From the IMG/VR virus record IMGVR_UViG_3300023107_000066, positions 1 to 33,963 of that record: a stretch of 33,963 bases of DNA; one strand, written 5' to 3'. This document shows, one piece after another, positions 1 to 8,394 of this stretch (positions are counted from its first letter, which is position 1; each line of letters starts with the position of its first letter). Source of the stretch: a virus (Duplodnaviria; Caudoviricetes). A program made the position numbers and the translations under genes. The notes under the pieces are model-generated. The model did not search any database. It was given only the letters and a program-made list of their open reading frames with translations, and was not told where the DNA came from.

Positions 1-438
1 ATGAAAAAGATGCGCCGCCTCATCCCCGACACCGACCCAGAAACCGGCGACGTGTCCTACTTCCGCCCTGGCCACACTTCGCGCGTGGAAGCCATCAAGG
101 GCCAGCGCCGGGTGCCGCCGCCCACCAAGGGCCAGAAAGCCCAGCAGCGTCGGCGTAAGAAAGAGCACTACGCCGGCTGCCCCGTACCACGCCCACTGTT
201 CCACCACGGCACCGACCGCAACGAGGTCAGCGACGAGGAGCGCATCCGGCTGAAGAAAGCGGTCATTGCCGCCGCCGGTGGCCGCTGCCAGAACTGCCGG
301 ACCAAATTCAAGCTCACCCTCGACCACATCATCCCGCTTTCCCGCGGCGGCGGCTGGCACTGGGAAAACCTGCAGTGCCTTTGCCGGAAGTGCAACCGGG
401 CCAAGGGCGCGCTGATGCCCTACGAACTAGCAGCGTAG
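1..438 (+). CDS. HNH endonuclease (possible HK97 gp74-like packaging accessory)
   Basis: CQNC...LTLDHIIPLSRGG...NLQCLCRKCNRAKG is a typical HNH/CxxC signature; the gene lies directly upstream of TerS. Confidence 0.9.
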   Translation: MKKMRRLIPDTDPETGDVSYFRPGHTSRVEAIKGQRRVPPPTKGQKAQQRRRKKEHYAGCPVPRPLFHHGTDRNEVSDEERIRLKKAVIAAAGGRCQNCRTKFKLTLDHIIPLSRGGGWHWENLQCLCRKCNRAKGALMPYELAA

Positions 439-445
439 TTATTTT

Positions 446-480
446 GTCGTTAATGTGAGTAATTTGCTCACATTAACGAC
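446..480. promoter_or_regulatory. 14-bp perfect inverted repeat containing copy 1 of the 25-bp late box (451-475)
   Basis: GTCGTTAATGTGAG (446-459), 7-nt spacer, CTCACATTAACGAC (467-480); intergenic, upstream of terS. Confidence 0.7.
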
Positions 481-511
481 TTACTTTTCATTACCTGTTG
501 TACTTTTCGCT

Positions 512-1285
512 ATGCCCACGGGACAGGCAGACGCACCGAAACCAAAAAAGCTCACGGGCCTGCAGCAGCGGTTCGTAGAAGCCTACGCCCGCATCTGGAA
601 GGGTGCGCCGGCCGCCGTGCTGGCTGGCTACGCCGAGGGCAGCGCCAAGCAGACGGCCCGGAACCTGCTCCAGCTTGAGCACATCCAGGCGGCTATTGTC
701 GAGGAAGCCGCCCGGCTCGGTATGACGGTGGACGAGGCCACGGTGCGCATGTCAGAGTGGGGCCGCGTCACCGTGGACGATCTAATGACGCTGGGCGAGG
801 AAGAGTATACTACCTACGTCGATAAGCCCTTCCGGGAGGTTGTAGAGGAGTTTTACGAGAACATCGTTTTTGAGCAGGAACTCGCTATTCGTCAGGAAAT
901 CCTGTTCACGGACAAGAAGGAGCAGAAGCGGTTTCGCAATAAGCAGCAGGAGTTGCACCTGAAGCGTCTGCTCGAATACGAGCGGTTGAAGATGGAGCTG
1001 GAGAAGGAGCCCAATAAGGTTCGCCAGGTTCCAGGCCCCAAAGCAGTGCGGGAAGTAGTTCGGCTCGACTTGGTCAAAGTGTACAAGCACAAGGCGGGCC
1101 ACTTGATCAAAAAGGTTAAGGAGACTCGCTACGGGCTGGAAATTGAGACTCACGACGCCAAGGATGCTACCGATAAGATCCTGAAGCTACATGGTGCCTA
1201 CGCTCCGGAGAAGCACGACGTCACCACCAACGGCAAGGATTTGCCCGGTTCCAACATTATGATGCCCGACAATGGCCGCGACTGA
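512..1285 (+). CDS. terS: Terminase small subunit
   Basis: N-terminal LTGLQQRFVEAY...AAVLAGYAEGSAKQTARNLL is a Terminase_2-type HTH; C-terminal KILKLHGAYAPEKHDVTTNG tail. ATG 512 preferred over GTG 455, which lies inside the inverted repeat. Confidence 0.85.
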   Translation: MPTGQADAPKPKKLTGLQQRFVEAYARIWKGAPAAVLAGYAEGSAKQTARNLLQLEHIQAAIVEEAARLGMTVDEATVRMSEWGRVTVDDLMTLGEEEYTTYVDKPFREVVEEFYENIVFEQELAIRQEILFTDKKEQKRFRNKQQELHLKRLLEYERLKMELEKEPNKVRQVPGPKAVREVVRLDLVKVYKHKAGHLIKKVKETRYGLEIETHDAKDATDKILKLHGAYAPEKHDVTTNGKDLPGSNIMMPDNGRD

Positions 1286-1583
1286 TTTCTATGATGATTT
1301 AGCGTCGGCTGCCCAGTGGGCCGTCACGGACGAAATAGCAGCTGGTACTGCTGAAGCTCAGCGCTGGATAGTTCACCGCGTTGAGCAGGCCACTAAGCGC
1401 CTGAACCACCGCGAGGGTCGGCTGCTATCGTGGTTTTTCGACTACTACGCGCAGTGGTTCTGGAGCGAGTATGGTGACCGGAAAAATGCCGGCGAAGGGA
1501 TCGGGCCCTGGGGCATCCGTCGGGTGCGTGAAATGACCCAAGTGGAGGGATGGACAGGATGGAAGCCCAAGAAGCAACGGTAG
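1272..1583 (+). CDS. Hypothetical protein
   Basis: 103 aa ORF overlapping the terS end by 14 nt; part of a tightly packed run. Confidence 0.55.
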   Translation: MAATDFYDDLASAAQWAVTDEIAAGTAEAQRWIVHRVEQATKRLNHREGRLLSWFFDYYAQWFWSEYGDRKNAGEGIGPWGIRRVREMTQVEGWTGWKPKKQR

Positions 1584-1585
1584 CC

Positions 1586-1861
1586 ATGGCCACACGCTTC
1601 CTTCGCTTTTTCGACCGGTGCAGTAGTGCCTGGGCGGTGTTTCGGGCCAAGCGCGTGCTCGTCATCACCTACGACCCAGGCAAGCCCGCCAACCTACTGG
1701 AGGACATCTACTACAACGATGCCCACCCTACCGAGGTAGCCGAGCGCCTGGCCAATGCCGCCAGGGTTGCTGCCCGCTACAACGAAATGGATAGCGAGGA
1801 AGGCCAGTGGAATGCCCTGCGCCGGGCCCGTGAAATACTCAACATCAACCCCACCCGATAA
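1586..1861 (+). CDS. Hypothetical protein
   Basis: ATG 1586 just after the upstream stop; TAATG coupling to the next gene. Confidence 0.6.
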   Translation: MATRFLRFFDRCSSAWAVFRAKRVLVITYDPGKPANLLEDIYYNDAHPTEVAERLANAARVAARYNEMDSEEGQWNALRRAREILNINPTR

Positions 1862-2184
1862 TGGAAGAAACCGCCACGCCCGCCCCCGCTATCCACGAAG
1901 CGGACTTCACCCATCCTGGCTATGAAGCTATCCACAACTGGTTCAGCCTCACCTACGCCAACTACCTGGTGCTACATCGTACGCAGTTACAGTCGATGCC
2001 CGAAGACTGGCAGCAGCGCTTCGTGAAGTGCCTGGAGCAGCTTCACGAAGCTTTCGAGGGCATGCCCACCGTCGATGGGTACCGTGTTCAGGCCGTCAAT
2101 AGCGAAGGCAAGTTCACCAAAGACCCCATGCCGCACTACAACCGGGGGCGCACCCGCCTGCCCATATATCCATTTGAGGCATGA
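1861..2184 (+). CDS. Hypothetical phage protein
   Basis: 107 aa, coupled on both sides (TAATG, ATGA); protein-like sequence IHNWFSLTYANYLVLHRTQLQSMPEDWQQRFV. Confidence 0.7.
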   Translation: MEETATPAPAIHEADFTHPGYEAIHNWFSLTYANYLVLHRTQLQSMPEDWQQRFVKCLEQLHEAFEGMPTVDGYRVQAVNSEGKFTKDPMPHYNRGRTRLPIYPFEA

Positions 2185-2606
2185 GCACCGAGGCCTACGA
2201 AATCCAACTGGTACCCTCCGAAACGGACTGGGACTACCATGCCTGCTTGTTGGCCACCATCACCGGCCTGCCCAGATTAGAAGTTTACAACAAGTTTCCG
2301 GAGAAGCTACAGAAGCTCGACGGCTGGCGAGGCAGCTACTTCGGGGAGGCGGCCCGCGCGCTGGGCTTCAACACGAACCCGCGCTTCATCAAGTTCGACC
2401 CGCTCACACCCTGGCCCTGCATCCTGCGCGTGCAGGTGCCCGATGCGTGGGGATGGAAGGGCAAATGGTGGGCGTTGGTCTACAACCAGGGCGTTGTGTA
2501 CAACGTCAACGGCCACCCCGCTGAAACTCAATACCAGCATTGGCTGGAAGATAACCCCGGCTGTCGCATCACTAGCATGCTGCAAATCTGGATTTCTGAC
2601 CTATAG
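2181..2606 (+). CDS. Hypothetical protein, possibly a degenerate peptidase C39/papain-like fold
   Basis: ATGA overlap; pattern DYHACLLATITG...AARALGF...PCILRV...KWWALVYNQGVVYN resembles the C39 layout without the catalytic residues. Confidence 0.6.
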   Translation: MSTEAYEIQLVPSETDWDYHACLLATITGLPRLEVYNKFPEKLQKLDGWRGSYFGEAARALGFNTNPRFIKFDPLTPWPCILRVQVPDAWGWKGKWWALVYNQGVVYNVNGHPAETQYQHWLEDNPGCRITSMLQIWISDL

Positions 2607-2616
2607 CCTTACCCAA

Positions 2617-2946
2617 ATGAACATCCAACGATTTGATTCTAAGGTAGACGATTCCATCACCATCTACCTGATGGCTATTGAAAACGGGGTAGTCGAGGGC
2701 GTGCTGCGTATCGACCCGGACGGCTACATCCTGTCGCTGTACGTGATTGAGGCGGCCCGCAAATGTGGCCTCGGGGCAAATCTGGTAGAGCAGGCGTGCG
2801 AGGTGCTGCGAGCCGAGGGCCGCAAAATGGTAGGCTTATCGGTGCATAAGGATAACGAAGCCGTGCGCCGGCTCTACGAAAGGCTCGGTTTCCTGCCCTA
2901 CATGCCTGGCCATGATGACTACACGCAATTTGTCAAAGTGCTATGA
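2617..2946 (+). CDS. GNAT family N-acetyltransferase
   Basis: ILSLYVIEAARKCGLGANLV (motif A, RxxGxG) and LSVHKDNEAVRRLYERLGF (motif B); ATG 2617. Confidence 0.85.
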   Translation: MNIQRFDSKVDDSITIYLMAIENGVVEGVLRIDPDGYILSLYVIEAARKCGLGANLVEQACEVLRAEGRKMVGLSVHKDNEAVRRLYERLGFLPYMPGHDDYTQFVKVL

Positions 2947-4469
2947 GCGTAGCCCCCGCCGAAGCGGCCAAAGTCATCTACCCGCAGCCCGGCTTCCAGA
3001 TGGCGGCGCTGAGCACGCCCGCCGACATCGCCATCATCGGCGGCGGGGCCGGCGGCGGCAAGACGTACGCGCTGCTCATGGAGGCCAGCCGGCACCGGTT
3101 CAACAAGGATTTTGGGGCCGTCATCTTCCGCCGCACCTACGCCATGGTGACCAACGAGGGCGGTTTGTGGGATACCAGCAAGGAGCTCTACCCTATCGTG
3201 GGCGCCAAGCAGGGCGACCTGGAATGGCGGTTCCCCAGCGGCGCCCGCGTCTCGTTTGCCCACATGCAGCACGAGAAGAATATGTTCGACTGGCAGGGCA
3301 CGCAGATTCCGCTCATCATCTTCGACGAGCTCACCCACTTCACCAAGAAGCAGTTCTGGTACATGCTCACCCGTAACCGGAGCCTCTGCGGGGTGCGGCC
3401 CTACGTGCGCTGCAGCTGCAACCCCGACCCCGACAGCTGGGTGGCTGAGCTCATTGCGTGGTGGATTGGTGAGGACGGCTTCCCCATCCCTGAGCGGGCC
3501 GGCGTCATTCGCTACTTCACCCGCGACGGGGAGGTGATGGTGTGGGGCGACACGCCCGAGGAGGTGGTGGAGAAGGCCCCGCACCTGTTCAAGGACGAGT
3601 TGGCCCAGACCAAGCCCAAGAGCCTCACCTTCATTCCGGGCAGCATCTACGAGAACAAGAAGCTGCTGGCCGTCAACCCTGAGTACCTGGCCGGCCTGAT
3701 GGCACAGGACGAGGCGACCAGGGCGCAGCTGCTGGAGGGCAACTGGAAGGTGAAGGTCGACGGCCTGGCCCTTTACGACTACGCGCGCATCTCCGACCTG
3801 TTCAGCAACCAGCTCACCCAGCCCCCACGGCCGCGGCGCTACATCACCTGCGACGCCGCTGGCTTTGGGAAGGACTTCACGGTGATATTCGTCTGGGAAG
3901 GCTGGGAGGTGGTGCAGATCGTGGTAGCCCGCAAAACGGCCCCGCGCGACATCTACGACCTGATCGAGAAGCAGCGCCGCAAGTGGTCGGTGCCTGAGTC
4001 GGACGTGCTCGTAGACCAGGATGGCGTGGGCGGCAAGGTCTTCGCCTACGGCCGCGGCTACCGCGGCTTCTCCGGTGGCTCTACCGCCCTGGCCGACCCT
4101 ATCACCAAGAAAGCCGAGAACTACGACAACCTCAAGACCCAGTGCTACTACCGCAGCGCCGACCGGGTCAACGCGGCAACCATTGCCGTGCGCGTTGATG
4201 ACTACACCGTCGAAATTGATGACGTGCGGGGCATGAAGCTGAAGGTCGGCGGCAAGGAAACCACGGTGCTGGAGCTGCTCAAAGCGAACCTGCGCGCCAT
4301 CAAGCGGGCCAAGACGGATGCCGAGGGCAAGCAGAAGATCAATACCAAAGCCGAGCAGAAAATCATCCTCGGTGGCCTCTCCCCCGACTTCTCCGACACG
4401 TTCAGCCTACGCGAGTGGTTCGAGTTGCAGCCGGTGGTACAGCAGGGCTTCCTGAAGCGGGTTAACTAG
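2943..4469 (+). CDS. terL: Terminase large subunit (Terminase_6-like)
   Basis: Walker A GGGAGGGKT, Walker B IIFDE, coupling motif CSCNPD, nuclease acidic motifs ITCDAAGFGKD, VDQDGVG and SPDFSD. Confidence 0.95.
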   Translation: MSVAPAEAAKVIYPQPGFQMAALSTPADIAIIGGGAGGGKTYALLMEASRHRFNKDFGAVIFRRTYAMVTNEGGLWDTSKELYPIVGAKQGDLEWRFPSGARVSFAHMQHEKNMFDWQGTQIPLIIFDELTHFTKKQFWYMLTRNRSLCGVRPYVRCSCNPDPDSWVAELIAWWIGEDGFPIPERAGVIRYFTRDGEVMVWGDTPEEVVEKAPHLFKDELAQTKPKSLTFIPGSIYENKKLLAVNPEYLAGLMAQDEATRAQLLEGNWKVKVDGLALYDYARISDLFSNQLTQPPRPRRYITCDAAGFGKDFTVIFVWEGWEVVQIVVARKTAPRDIYDLIEKQRRKWSVPESDVLVDQDGVGGKVFAYGRGYRGFSGGSTALADPITKKAENYDNLKTQCYYRSADRVNAATIAVRVDDYTVEIDDVRGMKLKVGGKETTVLELLKANLRAIKRAKTDAEGKQKINTKAEQKIILGGLSPDFSDTFSLREWFELQPVVQQGFLKRVN

Positions 4470-4496
4470 GAATAATCCCGCATAGTTGCTTGTTGT

Positions 4497-4528
4497 GAAA
4501 TAAAGTAATTATTTTACACACATTATTC
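4497..4528 (+). promoter_or_regulatory. Late box copy 2 (32-bp exact repeat of 20241-20272)
   Basis: GAAATAAAGTAATTATTTTACACACATTATTC, AT-rich and intergenic. Confidence 0.75.
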
Positions 4529-4546
4529 ACCTAACATCTCGCCACC

Positions 4547-5167
4547 ATGGCCACTTCCTGCACTCGCCCCGATTCTTTGACGGCCATTGCGGCGCAGCTT
4601 TGCGCCGTGAACTTTAAGCAGTTCCAGCGCCTGCTGCTCCAGCGCTCTCAGAAGGTGGCCAGCTTCGCCACCGAGGCAGAAATGAAGACGCTGGCCGCCT
4701 GGACTACCCTGCTCGAAGCGGATGACAACACGAAGGTGATTGTCACGCCCTTCTTCCAGAACATGGTGATTCCGTCCTCGGAGGCGCAGTTCGGCGGTGA
4801 GAACAGCAACGAAACGCTCAACGGCGTAGGTACCTTCCTGGGCTTCAACCCCGTGAAGCCTACTGGTAACTTCGTTGGCCTGGATTCGGCCCTGTACGAG
4901 GTCCTGGACGCGCTGACGCCCGAATCGCTGGCCGAGCTCGGCGTGTCGCGCCTGACGTCCTACCTCGTGACGGCTGATGGCGAAATCGTGCACAAAGCCC
5001 TGAAAGGCATCCCCGTCTTCAACTGGGTCGTGGGTAGCCCCGGCACCCAGGGCTTCAAGTCGCAGACGCTGTTCCCCTTCTCCTTCTCAATGACGGCCGA
5101 CTGGTTCAAGGGCGTGAACGTGCTCAAGCCGACGTTCAACCCGCTCACCGACCTGGACGCTGAGTAA
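4547..5167 (+). CDS. Putative major tail (tube) protein or other abundant virion protein
   Basis: 206 aa, beta-rich, strong codon bias like the capsid gene; no other tube candidate despite a tape measure and chaperone. Assigned by elimination. Confidence 0.5.
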   Translation: MATSCTRPDSLTAIAAQLCAVNFKQFQRLLLQRSQKVASFATEAEMKTLAAWTTLLEADDNTKVIVTPFFQNMVIPSSEAQFGGENSNETLNGVGTFLGFNPVKPTGNFVGLDSALYEVLDALTPESLAELGVSRLTSYLVTADGEIVHKALKGIPVFNWVVGSPGTQGFKSQTLFPFSFSMTADWFKGVNVLKPTFNPLTDLDAE

Positions 5168-5412
5168 TGGCCCGGCCAACAGCCGGGGTACCGGAGCCGG
5201 TCTGGCTCCGCGCCCCAGACCTTGGCGACATCCCAAGGGCTTTCGACCCGGCCCACGCGGCCCGGATCCTGGCCCGGCAGGAACGCACCAAGCTTCACCT
5301 CTGGCTGCTGGCGGAAGCCCCAGCCTCTCCCCCCTCCCCCGATTCTACGGCTCCGCCGCAAGATGATCCTAAGCCCCGAAGACGTACGCGTACTCCTCGA
5401 AAACCCCGCTAA
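5167..5412 (+). CDS. Hypothetical protein
   Basis: TAATG-coupled to the upstream gene; Pro/Arg-rich tail overlaps the portal start. Confidence 0.55.
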   Translation: MARPTAGVPEPVWLRAPDLGDIPRAFDPAHAARILARQERTKLHLWLLAEAPASPPSPDSTAPPQDDPKPRRRTRTPRKPR

Positions 5413-7156
5413 CAACGGGGCTATTGGTGACTGCCTACGCCACGAGCAGCGGCTGCGGCTTCATGCCATTCCCCACGTAGACCCGATGCGCCGCCCCGAA
5501 GGCTGGCGCTACCTGCGTGATTGGGCTAAGGAGATGCTGCCCGAAAGCGAGTTTGTGAAGTGGGAGCAGTGCGTGCCAGCTCCGCTGCCTACCACCGATA
5601 TCATTGAGGACATCTTCACGGGCCTCAAGCGCGTGTTCGAAGCTCAAGACGGTCTGGTGCAGGTCGAGCTGGCAACGCCCGAGTTGGAAACAGACTTCGA
5701 AACCTACCGCACCTCCCTGAAGGAGTCGGACTTCTGGACCACCCGGGCGTTCAAGGCCCTGCGTGGCCGGCCGCACTCGCTGCTGGTAGTCGACATGGCT
5801 GCTGAGCAGCGCACGCCGCGGCCAGAGCCCTACGTGTTCCTGCTGCATCTGGAGCAGCTCTGGGACGTGGCCCTGAAGGAAGACGGCACCTGCGAGTACG
5901 TGCTCTTCACGCTGTCCGAGCGCAAGGATGAGCAGGGCAACGTGATTGAGCGCATGGCCTGCTACGATGATGCCGCCTACGCCATCCTGGAAAAGCCCGT
6001 CGGTGAGCAGGTCTGGGTGGAGGTGCTACGCAATACCCACATTCTGGGCTACTGCCCGGCCCGCGTGCTCTGGTCGGACCCACTCGACCAGCCTACCGAC
6101 CTGCCGCGGCTGGCACCACTGACGGCCGTGCTGGGCAACCTGGACCGCTACATCTGGTGGGACGGGGCCACCGAGTACTTCCGTCAGTACGGCACCTTCC
6201 CCGTGATGTGGAGCTTTGAGGAGCAGTGCTCCTTCCAAGGCGAAGGCGGCAGCCCCTGCCAAAGCGGCATCGTGCAATACGTCAGGAGCTACCAGAAGCT
6301 CGATAACGGCGAAGAGGTGCCGGTGTACGGGGAGAAGCCTTGCCCTGCCTGCGCCCTGCGCAAGCTCATCGGCCCGGGCGTGCACGTCAAAGTGCCCGCC
6401 CCGTCGAAGGAAATGCCCGACACCCGGGTGCCCGTCGGCTTCGAGGGTGCCGGCGTGGAAATCCTGGGCTACCTAGACGAGGTGCTCAAAGGCCGGCGCG
6501 AAGCGCTGCTGCGCTCGGTGCTCGGCGGTGGTGGGGAGCCCAGCAACGACCAGGCGAAGAATACCAAGCAGGTGCAGGGTGGCTTCGAAATCAAACAGGA
6601 CGTGCTGGTTGAGTTCAAAAAGCCTCTGGAAGAGGCCCGCGCTTGGACCCTGCGCACCATCGGCACGCTTCGCTATGGAGCCCTGATGCGGGGCGTGTTC
6701 GTCACCTACGGCGAGCGGTTCTACCTCAAAACGCCCGAACAGCTGGCCAAGGAGGAAGAAGAAGCCCGCAAGGCCGGCCGGCCCGTCTACGAGCTTAGCC
6801 AGGCCCGCGACTTCCGCTACCAGACCCAGTTTCGCAACAACCCCGCGCAGCTGGACCGCATGCGCATCCTCTCCGATCTGGAGCCTTATCCGGAATACTC
6901 GCTGGAGCAGATCCTGACGATGATTGCCGGGGCCATGACCGGGACTAATCCGTTCGTGCTGGCCCTCTTCGACCGGGCCATGCTACAGCTAAAGGCTGAT
7001 TTCGGCCGCTACCTCACCCGCTTCGAATCCGAGCATATGGACGTGCGGCGTTTCGCTTCTCAGCAGCCCTACTACATCAAGCTCGCCACCATCACTCAAA
7101 TCCTTTTGTCTTATGTCAACAGCAACCAAAACGGCCCTAACGGCCAAAACGGCTAA
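5363..7156 (+). CDS. Portal protein with a Cys4 insertion
   Basis: About 597 aa, helical, between terL and scaffold/capsid; NTHILGYCPARVLW resembles the portal HxxGxxP motif; ATG 5363 (MILSPEDV). Confidence 0.75.
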   Translation: MILSPEDVRVLLENPANNGAIGDCLRHEQRLRLHAIPHVDPMRRPEGWRYLRDWAKEMLPESEFVKWEQCVPAPLPTTDIIEDIFTGLKRVFEAQDGLVQVELATPELETDFETYRTSLKESDFWTTRAFKALRGRPHSLLVVDMAAEQRTPRPEPYVFLLHLEQLWDVALKEDGTCEYVLFTLSERKDEQGNVIERMACYDDAAYAILEKPVGEQVWVEVLRNTHILGYCPARVLWSDPLDQPTDLPRLAPLTAVLGNLDRYIWWDGATEYFRQYGTFPVMWSFEEQCSFQGEGGSPCQSGIVQYVRSYQKLDNGEEVPVYGEKPCPACALRKLIGPGVHVKVPAPSKEMPDTRVPVGFEGAGVEILGYLDEVLKGRREALLRSVLGGGGEPSNDQAKNTKQVQGGFEIKQDVLVEFKKPLEEARAWTLRTIGTLRYGALMRGVFVTYGERFYLKTPEQLAKEEEEARKAGRPVYELSQARDFRYQTQFRNNPAQLDRMRILSDLEPYPEYSLEQILTMIAGAMTGTNPFVLALFDRAMLQLKADFGRYLTRFESEHMDVRRFASQQPYYIKLATITQILLSYVNSNQNGPNGQNG

Positions 7157-7820
7157 GCCCAAGCTCGACCTGAGAGAACTGCAGCAGAAGCAGCTCAATG
7201 GCGAGGAAATCGAGATGACCGCCGGCAATGCCGACGACGCGGGCGACTACGAGTTTCCCAGCCACGAGTCGGACCGCGTGCACGTCGAGCTCACCAAGAA
7301 GGTCAACGACCCGATTCTGAAGCAGTACACCGACGAGGTGACTCGGAAGAAGTTCGTGCCGGCGCAGTTCGACCGCATGGTGAGAAGCGGCTACTTCGAC
7401 ACCACCACCTACGACAAGGTTCGGGTGCTGCACGATCCGCGCTACACCAAGTCGGCCCCTGCCTCGACTGCGCCCACTGGTGCCCGCCCCTGGGAGCCGG
7501 CAGAGGGCCTGCCTACGCTGCAAGATGCCCAGATGCGCTATAAAGAGCTGTATGGCCAGAATGCCCCGGCTGTCTCCTACGAGTCGCTGCTGGAGTTCAT
7601 TCAGGCCAAAGAGCTGGAAGTTGGCCAGTACACGGACGAACCCAACGGCGGCACGGCCCCCGGCCCCCGCAAAGCCATCCGTAGCACCGTGGATGCGCAG
7701 GAGCGCTACAAGGAGCTGTTTGGCGAGGACGCCCCCGCCGACAAGAGTTTCACCGAGCTGAAGGTCCTCATCGAAAATGAGGAGAATCGGCTGGATGAGG
7801 AGGGTGGAGCGACCAGATAG
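7113..7820 (+). CDS. Hypothetical head-module protein with two C-terminal helical repeats
   Basis: DAQMRYKELYGQNAPAVSYESLLEFI and DAQERYKELFGEDAPADKSFTELKVLI, 56 codons apart. Confidence 0.75.
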   Translation: MSTATKTALTAKTAKPKLDLRELQQKQLNGEEIEMTAGNADDAGDYEFPSHESDRVHVELTKKVNDPILKQYTDEVTRKKFVPAQFDRMVRSGYFDTTTYDKVRVLHDPRYTKSAPASTAPTGARPWEPAEGLPTLQDAQMRYKELYGQNAPAVSYESLLEFIQAKELEVGQYTDEPNGGTAPGPRKAIRSTVDAQERYKELFGEDAPADKSFTELKVLIENEENRLDEEGGATR

Positions 7821-7828
7821 GAAGCTCC

Positions 7829-7880
7829 AGGGCCGGTTCCACGCGGGTGGGACTAACCGGAGCCGGCCCTTTCCTTTCCC
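7829..7880 (+). terminator. GC-rich hairpin with pyrimidine tail (terminator or regulatory); loop contains GTGGGAC
   Basis: AGGGCCGGTTCC (7829-7840) pairs with GGAGCCGGCCCT (7859-7870), followed by TTCCTTTCCC. Confidence 0.5.
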
Positions 7881-7922
7881 TCCCGCACAGCAGTTGTTTT
7901 CACCGCCATTTTCCCCACTCGC

Positions 7923-8339
7923 ATGGCCATCCCAATCAAATTCCCCGAAGCCAACGCCGTCTTAGAAAAGCCGGCCAACATGACTGAGGAAGAGTGCCAC
8001 TCCCTTCCCATCCTGCGCAAAGACGGCCAGTGCATCAGCATGTGGAAGCTCTCGCCGGAAGAGTTAGTAAGCGTCAACATCACCCACTGCGTCTGTGTAG
8101 GCGTGCTTTCGGGTCATACCCAGCCACCTATCTGGGTGGAAGGTGCCGCCCCAGCTGAAGGTGTAGAAATCGACGGGGGCCGCATGCTCCAGATGAACGA
8201 AACCCATGAGCTCGGTACCCTGGGCATTAAAATCTACCTCTTCTCTGATGAGGCCGATGAAATTGAGCAGGCCCGCGCATCGGAACTGCGCAAACGCATT
8301 TCAGCAGTCATTCAGGAATACCAGGCTTCTGGTTTTTAA
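7923..8339 (+). CDS. Hypothetical protein
   Basis: 138 aa; ANAVLEKP...ECHSLP...CISMWKLSPEE...QPP is a phage-type small protein pattern; flanked by a direct repeat. Confidence 0.7.
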   Translation: MAIPIKFPEANAVLEKPANMTEEECHSLPILRKDGQCISMWKLSPEELVSVNITHCVCVGVLSGHTQPPIWVEGAAPAEGVEIDGGRMLQMNETHELGTLGIKIYLFSDEADEIEQARASELRKRISAVIQEYQASGF

Positions 8340-8377
8340 GTCAATAAGTCAATCATTTTCCCACTCGCAACCACCCG

Positions 8378-8394
8378 ACTGAACGGGACTCAGT
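8378..8394 (+). promoter_or_regulatory. ACGGGAC-loop hairpin abutting the scaffold start codon
   Basis: ACTGA-ACGGGAC-TCAGT followed by ATG 8395. Confidence 0.55.

Noticed and set aside
5222-5362. N-terminal extension of the portal in the ORF track
   Set aside because: Overlaps ORF 5167-5412 and is low-complexity; ATG 5363 is more plausible
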